Shown: positions 51,464-62,639 of the stretch, in pieces | Layout of the letters: every line of letters begins with the position of its first letter | Position numbering within the stretch: the first letter of the stretch is position 1 | From: Stegostoma tigrinum | Taxonomy: Eukaryota | Assembly (NCBI RefSeq): GCF_030684315.1 | Contig: NC_081397.1 | Span: 12,610,421-12,674,420, forward strand | Direction of reading: 5' to 3' | DNA length: 64,000 nt | Program-made: the position numbers and the translations under genes | Notes under the pieces: model-generated | Told to the model about the DNA's origin: nothing | Seen by the model: the letters and a program-made list of their open reading frames with translations, nothing else | The model's database searches: none

Positions 51464-52245
51464 AAGACGATAAGACATAGGAGCAGAAATTAGACCATTC
51501 AGCCCATCGAGTCTGCTCTGCCATTCAATCATGGATAATAAGTTCCTCAACCCTATTCTCCTGCTTTCTCCCCTTAATCATTGATCCCCCGATTATCAAG
51601 AATGTATCTCAGTCTTAAATGTACTCAATGACCTTGACTCCACATCCTTCTGTGGCAGTGAATTCCATAGATTCACCACTCTCTGGCTGAAGAAGTTTCT
51701 CCTTTTCTCCATTCTAAAAGGCCTTCTCTTTATGTAAGTCTGTGCCCCCGGGCCCTACACTCTCCTACCAATGGAAGCATCTTCACAACATCTACTTTGT
51801 CCAGACCATTTAGTATTCTGAAAATTTCAATTAGATCCCACTTTATCCTTCTCAACTCCAATGAATATAATCCCAGAGTTCCTCATATGTTCAGCTTTCC
51901 AATCCTGGGGCCATTCTTGTGAACCTCCTCTTAAACCCCGCTCCAGGGCCAGTACATCCTTCCTGAGATATGGAGCCCAAAACCGCACACAATAATCCAA
52001 ATGTGGCCTGACCAGAGCCTTACATAAGCCTTTGTAATACATCCCTGCTTTAATATTCAAGACCTCTCAAAATAAATGCCAACATTGCATTTGCCTTCCT
52101 GACTACTGATTCAACCTGCAAGCTTATCTTGAAACGGTCCTGGACGAGAACTCCCGAGTCTCTTTGCACTTCAGACTTCTGAATTTTCTCTCCATTTAGA
52201 AAATAGTCCATGCTTTTATTCTTCTTACCAAATTGCATGACCTCA
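51464..52245 (-). mobile_element. CR1 3' fragment
   Basis: [28 protein letters not shown]; tail taagacataggagc. Confidence 0.85.
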
Positions 52246-52472
52246 CTTGAGAATGTATAACCTTAACTCTGTTTCTCTTGATCTGTCTTTGCCCAGATGC
52301 TGTGGGGCCTGCTGAGTTTCTCCAGGAATTTCTGTTTTTGTTTCAGATGTTTAGTGTTCACAGTTCTCAATTTGATGTTATGAGACTATCAATTCCTGGA
52401 GAGATCAGTGTTGAGAGATCAATTAGACAGATGTATGTTAGTATATATGTATTTCATAGTTCGAACTCATTT

Positions 52473-52614
52473 TCAAAGTTGTGTTCTTTTTAAAGCTCCA
52501 TTTTTCCATTCGGTGAATAATGGGTTGTACACGTTATGCCCATTTTTCCATTCGGAGAATAATGGGTTGTACACGTTATGCCCATAGGATTCCTGGAAGT
52601 TATACAAAATGCTT
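52473..52614 (-). CDS. Candidate terminal (cytoplasmic) exon containing a 42-bp in-frame tandem duplication
   Basis: TTTGGTTTGGTCTCTACAG| acceptor; two open frames: SILYNFQESYGHNVYNPLFSEWKNGHNVYNPLFTEWKNGALKRTQL* or AFCITSRNPMGITCTTHYSPNGKMGITCTTHYSPNGKMEL*. Confidence 0.35.
52498..52585. repeat. 42-bp direct tandem repeat (2 copies, 1 mismatch)
   Basis: CCATTTTTCCATTCGG(T/A)GAATAATGGGTTGTACACGTTATGC at 52498 and 52540. Confidence 0.95.
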
Positions 52615-52744
52615 CTGTAGAGACCAAACCAAAGCACTCATTCATAACAGTCGTACAATTTCTGATTAACAAAACCCATCGCACTAAAATGCTCCAAACA
52701 TACAATGCACTCCAGGCAAATTTACATTGGGTGCTCAGGATTAC

Positions 52745-52864
52745 TCTTTAAATCCCCATGCTGTATCATTCCAATGAACTGGGCTTTGAAGATAAAGACA
52801 CAAGCAACAAGTGAAACCTGCACACAATTCAGAAATGTACAATAAACTGAAGGGGAATGGGATT
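52745..52864 (-). CDS. Candidate transmembrane exon of a second LRC-like receptor
   Basis: TGTTGCTTCATTCAG| ... |GTAATC; 120 nt, phase 1-1, open; SHSPSVYCTFLNCVQVSLVACVFIFKAQFIGMIQHGDLK (Y.T..N.VxxSLxA pattern). Confidence 0.4.
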
Positions 52865-53299
52865 CTGAATGAAGCAACACATTTCAATGATAATCATATT
52901 CCCATAGGTGTGTGATACAATGCTGGCACTGATGGCTGTAATAACTCATGAAGAAGGACTGGAAAGGGACCATAGTTAGTTGTCGAACACCAAAATAGAA
53001 CCACAACTCATGGATTACATGGGCTAGTTGCAGCCTGGGGTGGCCAGTTCCGCAAATGTACACCTGAGTTTATAAAGGGCTCAGATGATGAATCCCAAGT
53101 GGGTGGGTCAAAGTGTGTTACCAGGTAAACTCAGTCAATGATCTCCATGAGGAGAATACTGATTCCTGATGGGCCTTGAAAGGATTATCAAAATGGCTAA
53201 ATACAATTATGGTTAGATTATTAATCCAGACTCCTACCTATTGTTTTGGAGAACTGAGTTCACATTCTCCCCATGACAAATGGTGGAATTTCACATTAC

Positions 53300-53545
53300 A
53301 GAAACGCTACTGTGTGGAAACAGGCCCTTTGGCCCAACAAGTCAACACTGACCCTTGGAGCATCCCACCCAGACAGAGCTCCCCTTATAAAACACCTGGG
53401 ATACACATCCCTGAACACTACGGGTAATTTGGCATGGCCAATCCACCCACCCTGCACATCTTTGGACTGTGTGAGGAAATCGGAGCACGGAGGAAACTCA
53501 TGCAGACATGGGCAGAATGTGCAAACTCCGTACAGTCGCCCGAGG
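53300..53545 (-). mobile_element. HE1-like V-SINE, nested in another SINE
   Basis: GCATGGCCAATCCACC...CTGCACATCTTTGGACTGTG...GAATGTGCAAACTCC. Confidence 0.8.
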
Positions 53546-54304
53546 AATTTCCAACACGAAGCTGTTTAATTCATATGTAATGTCTGCGAAAGGCTGCCCT
53601 CTAGGTTCTGGAAGCTTAATTGCAGAACTGCACACCACAGTTGAAAACCAAGCATAAAATCTTTCTTTAAACTTTAGAACAGCCTTACCAAGAAAAAATT
53701 TGAATTCAACTGAAAAGGAAGTCAGTTATTAAAAGTCTCATGATGATGATATTAATTATTGGGGAGTGACAGAAACAAATCATCTGAATCAGTTTCACCA
53801 TATTCAGTCGGAAATCTCCTGTCTAAAACTTGTCTGGCTTACATATCCCTCAGGACATGCAATGATTATGAATTTTGTACTGAACCTGTACAGAGATTAC
53901 ACAACTCTGGAGCACATGGAGCTTGAACTCAGGAATCCTGGCTCAGAGGCAGGGGCACTAACACTGTGCATAAGAAACCAGTTCATGTTTCACTTTTAAC
54001 TGTGCATTTGGGAATGGGCAGGAAATTCTGACCCAGCCAGTCAGACCCACAACCCACGTGTGCTTTTTCTTTAAAAAAAGAAGATGCAGTCCAGAATAGT
54101 TGAGCAGGACATAAAGTAAATGGTAATATTTTTTATTTGGCTGCTGGAGAGTAGCTTGAAATTGGTCTGCAATACACACAAATACCACTGAGAGCATGAA
54201 TACAATTAGCCTATTGTTGATTCTGAACTTTAGACACAGCTTACCACAACGTGGCATTTGTGCACATACAAAAATCAAACATCTATTACAACTGAGGAAC
54301 AAAC

Positions 54305-54540
54305 AAAAAAGTTGCTGGAAAAGCTCAGCAGGTCTGGCAGCATCTGTGGAGGAGAAAACAGAGTTAACGCTTTGGGTCTGGTGACCATTCCTCAGAACTT
54401 CCTCTAAACAGTTCTGAGGAAGGGTCACCAGACCGCAAACGTTAACTCTGTTTTCTCCTCCACAGATGCTGCCAGACCTGCTGAGCTTTTCCAGCATCTT
54501 TTTTTTTGTTCCAGAAATTTAGAACATCTGCAGTTCTTTT
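54305..54540. mobile_element. Palindromic Penelope-derived element, second subfamily
   Basis: Long inverted repeat GCTGGAAAAGCTCAGCAGGTCTGGCAGCATCTGTGGAGGAGAAAACAGAGTTAACG and its complement; CTGAGGAAGGGTC core; related single arms at ~9015, 20570, 35470, 37655 and 52260. Confidence 0.75.
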
Positions 54541-55239
54541 GCTTCTTTTTACTACTGAGGACCTGGTTTCCTTGAGACAAAAGGGAGATTTTTTTTGTCA
54601 AGCAACAGTCTTTCACAACTGAATAAAATGGATCGGACTAATTAGGTACTTCATAAGCCAATAAAAATGGGAACAGGAATAGGCCATTCAGGCCCTTGAG
54701 CCTGCCCCACCTGACATTCCTCACGTCCACTTTCCTGTCTTCTCGCTCACTTCATTGACTGATCAAGAATCTATTTATCTCGCACTTCAATGTACACAAG
54801 GTCTCTGCCCGCACATCTCTCTGTGGCAAGGAGTTCAAAGAATCACAACTCTCTGAGAGAAGAAATTCCTCATTGTTTCAGTCTTAAATTGGTGTTCTTT
54901 TATGCTGAGACTGTGCCTCTGAGCTTTACCAGAACCACACCCTACCCAGTTAGTGTTATGTAAAACTGAAATGATATCTGCTATTTGAAGTCAATCAGCT
55001 TTAGTGCCTTTATTATCAGTTGCAACACCTCTGCAAGCCATTATCTACTTTCTAAGCGATCAACACTCTCCTCTCCTACAGGATAAATATTGTTCTTCTT
55101 CAAAATTGCCCTCAGGAGTGCATGAGGATTATCTTCAAAAATGTGTGAATTTTATTCTGAAATTCTTTGACAAATAGAAATTGAAGGTGTTAATACCTGG
55201 ATTATTCTTACAAAGAAAGATCATAGAAGAATAGAAGGG

Positions 55240-55406
55240 AGATAACAAGGTGTGGAGCTGGATGAACACAACAGGCCAAGCAGCATCTCAGGGAGCACAA
55301 AAGCTGACGTTTCGGGCCTAGACCCTTCTAGGCCCGAAACGTCAGCTTTTGTGCTCCTGAGATGCTGCTTGGCCTGCTGTGTTCATCCAACTTCACACTT
55401 TATTAT
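55240..55406. mobile_element. Palindromic Penelope-derived insertion (copy 2 only)
   Basis: GCTGACGTTTCGGGCCTAGA-CCCT-TCTAGGCCCGAAACGTCAGC symmetric centre. Confidence 0.8.
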
Positions 55407-56566
55407 CATAAATTGAACGGTTGGTTCTTTTTAACTGCCGAAGCGTGCATGCAAGGAAGGTGCTAGAGAGAAGCTGTGTGTGCCTTATATTGTATCTAGC
55501 CTTAGGTTCAACGGTTGACTTGGTGAAATTTCAGATAAATAAATCCCAGGTCATAAGAAAGCAGTGAATGTTTCTCGGATCCAGCTGGAACATTTTACAT
55601 GGCCCAGTGACCACAGGATCCAACCAAATATAATTCCATGTGTCTGTGATACAACACATTGGTTCAAGCATTCCATAAGGTCCTGCACTCATTGTTATAA
55701 CAGTTTTCAAACTGGCAAATTTATTTTCTTTTAGTTCATTACTTTAAGTTGTGCCTACCTGACTACCATTTGTGGTAGATGTGATCAAAGAGGTCTGAGT
55801 TGAAATCATTAACATTAATTAGATTACCTTACTGTTTAGCTTAGCTGTGCTAAAGGTACAAATTTAATAATAACTTGTTCATTCCCATTCAAGTTATAAA
55901 CTTGGTTTTGGGTATCTGTTATTAGTCATAGTCTTAGAGATGTGCCACAGAATAGACCTGTCAATCCAACTTATCCATGCCGAACAAATATCCAAAATTA
56001 TTCTGTTCGCATTTGCCAGCATTGACCCCTATCCCTCAAAACCCTTCCTGGCCATGACTTTTAAATGTTTTAATTGTAAAAACCCCTACCACTTCCTTTG
56101 GCAACTCATTCCACACATGCCCCACTCTGTGTGTGAAAAAGTTGACCCCTCAGGTCCCTTATTTATCTTTCCACTCTCAGCTTCATCCTACACCAGATAG
56201 ATTTGGAATCCCCTACCCTGAGGAAAGATCTTTTGCTATTCACCCTGTCCATGCCATATTCACATCCAAATCATTCATTTAAATAACTAAAAAGCACTGG
56301 ACAAAGCACTGATTCTTGTGATCTTAGTGTTTAGTTGGGAACAATGGGACAATTTTGAGATTCATTGAATATTTTAATTTCACTATGCCGTGAATCCAGT
56401 GATAGTGAGACTGATTTAGCTTGGCTTGCTGTCTTTGTGTCCTTACCAAGAGTAATTACACTGTCAGGTTTTTGTCTGACAAGGCACTTCATGGGAATTA
56501 AAATCTGAAATCTGTCCCTGATCCATACCACCCTGAATCTGGCATTCTGGTATTCAGAATACTTAC

Positions 56567-56602
56567 CCTGTGCTTGGTGTTCAGGAACAAGACTAGGTGT
56601 TG
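56567..56602 (-). CDS. Candidate 36-nt leader mini-exon of an LRC-like Ig receptor
   Basis: TGTGTTGTTTTGCAG| 36 nt |GTAAGT; phase 1-1; xTPSLVPEHQAQG resembles FCAR LCLGQRIQAQE and LILR LSLGPRTHVQAG. Confidence 0.55.
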
Positions 56603-56659
56603 CTGCAAAACAACACATTCCCGAGACATGGCAAGGTTGCTTATTCACTAAGACTGATT

Positions 56660-56886
56660 TTCATGCTGAAATAATTCCACGGAGGCTGGTGCCCAACATC
56701 ACATCACCCTTTATTTATATGTGCATAGTACTTGACACTGAGTCAGCTCTCAGAGTAAACTGAACCTGAAACATTCCTGTTTATATCTGTCAGCCAGGGT
56801 TCCCTCTTTGATGTGTATATTTGATTGAATCGGGGAAACTCATATTCTATGATCTCCACCCGAGCGACTTCATTATAAACACTACA
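56660..56886 (-). mobile_element. Short solo LTR-like element
   Basis: TGTAGT start on - strand at 56886; TATAAA and AATAAA on - strand; other end unclear. Confidence 0.4.
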
Positions 56887-57244
56887 GGGACAATTACGAC
56901 ATTTAAGAGACGTTTTGACTGGTAAATGGATCGGAAATGTTCAGAGGGAAATGGGCCAAATGCAGGCAAGTGGGACTCATTCGGTTTAGGAAACCTGGTT
57001 AGCATGGGCGAGTTGGGCCAAAGGGCCTATTCCATGCTCTATGCCTGTTTGACTGTATGGCCGATTGACAATTCTCCTTCTCAACATCTCTCTTCACCTG
57101 AGGTCTGGTGATCCTCAGGTTATGGGACCACCAGTCAACGCATTCCTGCTGATTTTGTATGACTATGATGACTTTTACCTTCATCATTTCTTGACAGCTT
57201 ATGTTTTTCCACAAGAGGACAAGCCAACTCAATGATAACTGAAT

Positions 57245-58465
57245 GGGAGATAACATGAAGAAATTACCCTCCTCCCTCTGGACAAACCTCAGGGGATCTC
57301 TCTCCGACTGCAACTCTCTTGTAATCTCTTTGGCCTTGAAACTGCTCGACCATGTCCTGAAGCAAACCAAGTACTACAGCCACGAATACCGGTCACGTTT
57401 GGACATTGAACAGTTTTTCCGCTGCCTCCACCTCCACGCTTACTTCTTTAACTGTGAGCCTAGCCCTTCCTCTACTGATCCCTTCTCCAGCCTCCAACAC
57501 AAGCCCTCCTCCTGGACACCACCCCAAGGCCTCCTAACCTCCCTCAAACTCTTCATCTCCAACTGCCATCAAGAACCCCCATTTCCTATCTACTAACCTT
57601 ATCCCGTCCCCTTGACCTGTCCGTCCTCTCTGGACTGACCTATCTCTTCTCTACCTGTGGGTAGAGACCCATGGTCACAGCCTTAAAATTAGAGGGGATA
57701 AATTTAAAACTGAAATGAGATGACATTTCTTCAGCCAGAGAGTGGTGGGCTCGTGGAATTCATTGCCACGGAGTGCAGTGGAGGCTGGGACGTTGGATGC
57801 CTTCAAGGCAAAGATCGACAAATTCTTGATCTCAGAAGGAATCAAGGACTATGGGGAGAGTGCAAGGAAGTGGAGTTGAAATGCCTATCAGCCATGATTT
57901 AAATGGCGGAGTGGACTGGATGGGCCGAATGGCCTTACATCCACTCCTATGTCTTATGGTCTTATGGTCTTACCTCCCCACCTACACTCACCTTTACTGG
58001 CTCCATCCCCGCCTCTTTAACTTGTCTGTCTCCTCTCCACCTATCTTCTCCTCTATCTATCTTCAATTCGCCTCCCCCTCTCTCCCTATTTATTTCAGAA
58101 CCCTCTTCCTCTCCCCCATTTCTGACAAAAGGTCTAGGCCTGAAAGGTCAGTTTTCCTGCTCCTCAGATGCTGCTTGGCCTGCTGCGCTCATCCAGCTCC
58201 ACACCTTGTTATCTTGGATTCTCCAGCATCTGCAGTTCCTATTATCTCGATAACAAGGTAGTACAGCTGAATGAACACAGCAGGCCAAGCAGCATCTGAG
58301 GAGCAGGAAAACTGACCTTTCGGACCTAGATCTTTCATCAGAAATGATCTAGGCCTGAAATGTCAGGCTTCCTGCTCCTCTGATGCTGCTGGGCCTGCTG
58401 TGTTCATCCAGTTCTACAACTTGTTATCTCAGATTCTCCAGCATCTGCAGTTCCTACTGTCTACA
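57245..58465 (+). mobile_element. Penelope-like fragment with palindromic pLTRs and a nested CR1 tail (~57658-57970)
   Basis: DIEQFFR.L.LHAYFF N-terminal motif; AACTGAAT duplicated at both ends; absent from copy 1. Confidence 0.75.
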
Positions 58466-60859
58466 TGAACTGAATCTGATTGTTCATAATAATGGAGAGT
58501 ATCAAAAAAAATGTAAAAAGCACACATCCTTTTTGCACTCGTAAAGCCTGCCAGTTTAACATTTTCTTGCAATTTATTGCTGGCTGCAAGGATTTGATTT
58601 TGTTTGAAAGCATTCCTAATTCAGAGATAGAACTTTAAATATGAATGTATAAAATTATATTCTAGTTTACTTTATTTTATTTACTTCAACCACATTTGGA
58701 ATATTGTGTGCAGTTCTGTTTGCCACACTATATGAAGGATATGGATGCTTCAGAGAGGGCGTAAAAGAGTTTTACCAAGATGCTACCTGGGTTGGAATGC
58801 ATTAACTATGAGGAGAGTTTGGACAAGATTGGATTGTTTTTGCTGAAATGTCAGAGGGTGAGTATGACCCAACAGAAATATATAAAATTATGAGAGGCTT
58901 GGACAGGTTGGATAGTCAGAGACTTTTTCCAGAGTGGGAATGTGAAATACAAAGGGCATAGATTTAATGTGCAGGGGGAACATTATTAAATGCTTTGTGC
59001 AAGGCAAGTTTTTTTTTATACAGAAGGTAGTCAGTTGCTAGTACATGCTGCCAGGGCAGCTGGTGGAAGCAGACAGAATGGCAATGTTTAACAGATGTTC
59101 AGACAGACAACGAGCAGGCAGGGAACAGAGGGGATATGCACCATATACAGACAGATGAGATTGGTGTAGAATGGTATCATGGCCGGGCACAGACGTGGAA
59201 GGTTGATGGGCCTTCTCCTACACTGTACTGTATTATTTTCTATGAATGTGTCTGTCCATTCAACAGTTTGCCTCGGTGGGGCAACGCAGAGATCGGATCA
59301 TTTTTCCAACTTTTGATGGCCAATTGCAGTTTGGTAGCAAGCAAACGTTGTTGCTCCTGGGTTTTGGCCACATCGAGAGAGAAGCGTGGTCAATCAAAAT
59401 GTGTTTTTTTAAAATCAGTATTGTACTGTCAAAATAATCAATAAATTAAGCATGTCCACATTCTCTGCGGATCAGTTGTAAACCAGATTGTGTGCCTTTA
59501 TACTCAAAGCGTTTTACACAAATGCTTGAAATATTTTGACAAGCTGCTCACTGTTGTATTGTTACTTCAAAGATTCTTCTATATATTGGGAACATGTGTG
59601 TGGTAATATCATGTAAACAGAATAATGGAATTGATAACTCATTTGCTTAAAGGCTTGTTCTCTGAATTACTGCAGTGGCTATGAAAATGAAGCGTGTGAG
59701 GTTAGAGCCCAGCTGTCCTTTGTTGTCGGGAAGGTCTGAAGATAAGCACTGACTGAGTCAAGCTCATCAAAGCAAGTATGTCCAGTAAAGATATCTCACT
59801 AATATGTGTTTCTATAAATGACAGCTTTTTCATTTAACATTTAACTCCTGGCCTGGAAATGCAGCATTAGCAGCTTCTTTATTTCTTGTAAACTTCAATT
59901 AAATTGGTATCTCACCGAAGAAATGAAAATAGATAGATAGACGGAAAGATAAAAGGAAAATCGTGTTAGTAATTCAAAGCCATCATCCAAGGCTCCAGAC
60001 ACACCTTCTGGGTGAAGCAGTGATCAACCTGCACTTCACTCAAACTGCATTTGCTGCTCACAATGTGGTCTCCTCCACACTGGGGAGACGAAACACAGAC
60101 TGAGCGATCACTTTTGTGGAACGCCTACGTTCTGCCCGTGAAAATGACCCTGTGCTTCCCCAAGCCAGCCCCTTAAACTCCATCATGATCCACACTGACC
60201 AACATTTCCATTTGCGTGTCTTGCTGCAGTGTACTAGCGAAGCTCAGAGCAAGCTGGGAGTACAGCATCTCATCTCCCGCTTGGGGCCCCTGCAACCTTC
60301 TGGGCTCAATATCAAATTCAGCCATTTCCGAGCCTGATACATCTCCTTCCATGTCCTTTCCCCAGCCCCCACAGCACAGACCTTGTCATGGCCTGGGCTG
60401 CTTTCAGCACGACATCTCATTTTCATCAAGTCATGGTCCGCATTATCAGCTTTTCCCCTTCCCTTTGTTCATTACTTATTATTTCTTTGTCTGTTGAACT
60501 TTCTTTCTCTCTCTTTCAGCTCTGTCTCTGTCTATCTGCTCACTCCTTTCCCTCCTGCCCATTATCTTTAGCATATATACCACCTTTCCCCAGCTGCTAT
60601 CGGCTCTGAAGAAGGGTTGCTGTACTTGAAAGTGTTAACTTTGTTTCTCTCTCACTCTCTGTAGATGCTGCAAAACCTGCTGAGTTTCCCAACACTTCCT
60701 GTATTTGTAGCCTGTAATGTTAACTCTGTTTCTCTTACTGCCTGCACAGATACTGCCAAACCTGCTGAGCTTTTCCAGCACCTTTTGTATTATTATCTTA
60801 TCCTTAAATTGGGAACAGCGTTCCTGCATCAAACCTTTCTAATCCTGTGTCTGGAAGTG

Positions 60860-61310
60860 GGAAGGAGTTATGCAGTTAGTGGTGGGGCACTGGAGAGTGT
60901 TCCTGAACACAGAGACCTAGGGGTGCAGATTCATCGCTCCTTGGAAGTGGAATCTCAGGTAGATAGGGTGGTGAAGAAGGTGTTTGGCATACTTTCCTTC
61001 ATTGGTCAATGCTTTGAGCGTAGGAGTTGGTATATCATCTTGTGGCTGTACAGGACATTGTTTAGGCCACTTTTCGTATACTACACTCAGTTCTGGTCTC
61101 CCTGCTATAGGAAGGATGTTGTTAAACTTGAAAGGGTTCAGAAAAGATTTACAAGGATGTAGCCAACACTAGAGGTTGAGATCAACAGGAGAGGCTGAAT
61201 AGGCTGGCTGTTTATTCCATGAAGTATCAGAGGCTATCACATAGAGGCATGAATAGGGTGAGTAGGTCTTTTTTTTTCCCAGGGTGGGGGAGTCCAAAGC
61301 AACAGGACAT
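60860..61310 (+). mobile_element. CR1 ORF2 C-terminal fragment
   Basis: RDLGVQIHRSLEVESQVDRVVKK...KDVVKLERVQKRFTRM. Confidence 0.8.
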
Positions 61311-62389
61311 AGTTTTGTAAATAATCTATTTTTGTACCTCAGATTTGTATCTAGTTACATTTGGAATAAGATGGCACAATGCATGGTAACAATGCACACA
61401 TTTCATTGTACTCCTATACTTTGTACATCAGTGAAAGTGACAATAAACGTACTTCTAATTCTAATTCTAAGTTTGTCTTCAATGAGATATTACCTCTGTT
61501 GGGATGACACTCTTGCAATGTTGCACAGTGGCCTAACACGTATAAAATAACAACTTTCCACACACAGTTCTGCCTGTTGCACACTGCAGAGTGAGATGCA
61601 TTTCCAAGACGCGCTGATACTCACCCATCTGAAATACCAATACACTTTCATTTGCATATTTTCTCTTTTTATCTTGATTGAAACAGGCAATTGCAACACT
61701 GTTTACTCACATCTCGTTAGAAACAAAAACACTCCTCTGGCTGTGGTGCAAGTTCTTCAAAGGACAAAAACAAAATCAAAAAAGGGAAATGTCAAAATAA
61801 AGAAGTTTCTTACAGAATTCGCATTGTGGTTCACAATGCTGTGTGGAGATAGAGGCATTCGGAAAGGCTGCTAGCTTCAGGACTGTTTCTTTTCTGGAAA
61901 GAATCCACACTTATCCTTTTGTGACAACAGGGTTTGAAGGGCAAGCATTGGCTGGATTCTCCCATTCCATCAAAACAGTGGTGTAAGTATTTCAGAAAAT
62001 TACTTATTGTGTGTCTGAATTGGACACAAATTCACCGAGGAGCATTGTCAGTTGGTGTAGCATTTTAGTGCATGAAATGATTGGTATTTCAAAAGGGTTA
62101 CTATGTTCTGTTGTTGTCTAATGAGTTTTTGTTACAATGGTTAAGATTTAATGCTTTGTGATTTGAAATTTCTTTTAACTTTTCAATCTCAGGGGTAACT
62201 GCATTTTTAGCACTATTTTTGACAACAAATGCTAGCATTTAATAATGGATTTTTTCCCCATAATGAAGGGAAATCATGAACATTAAACCGGTGCTTAGGG
62301 CTACAGTGTAAATGAAATGATGCAATTTTGATGGATGTGCACTCCATTTTGAAAAAAATGATGTTAGAAATTTAAATAGAAAATGTCAC

Positions 62390-62398
62390 ATCTATCTA

Positions 62399-62430
<32 letters not shown>

Positions 62431-62435
62431 CCTAT
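62390..62435. repeat. (TC)n/(TATC)n microsatellite
   Basis: Direct inspection. Confidence 0.9.
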
Positions 62436-62639
62436 CATCACATTAATCAGTTCTTCACTGAGGCTGCAACTTAAATGGCATTTACAAGATCTAAAAAAGT
62501 TGTTCATGTTTTTTTCTGGACCTGTAGTTAAATAAAATGCGTTGAAGCTGACATTTATAGAAACACAAATATGTCAGATACCTTTACTGGACATACTTGC
62601 TTCAATGAGACTTGACTCAGTTGTTGCTGATAGAGTTGA

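Larger units (their letters stand above)
55210..60720 (+). repeat. Segmental duplication, copy 2
   Basis: See copy 1; carries its own Penelope, LTR-like and CR1 insertions. Confidence 0.85.

Noticed and set aside
57179-57257. Signal-peptide-like exon (..IQLSLSWLVLLWKNISCQEMMK|)
   Set aside because: Phase 0, so incompatible with the 36-nt exon; frame not kept in the 48027-48102 paralog; interrupted by a Penelope insertion
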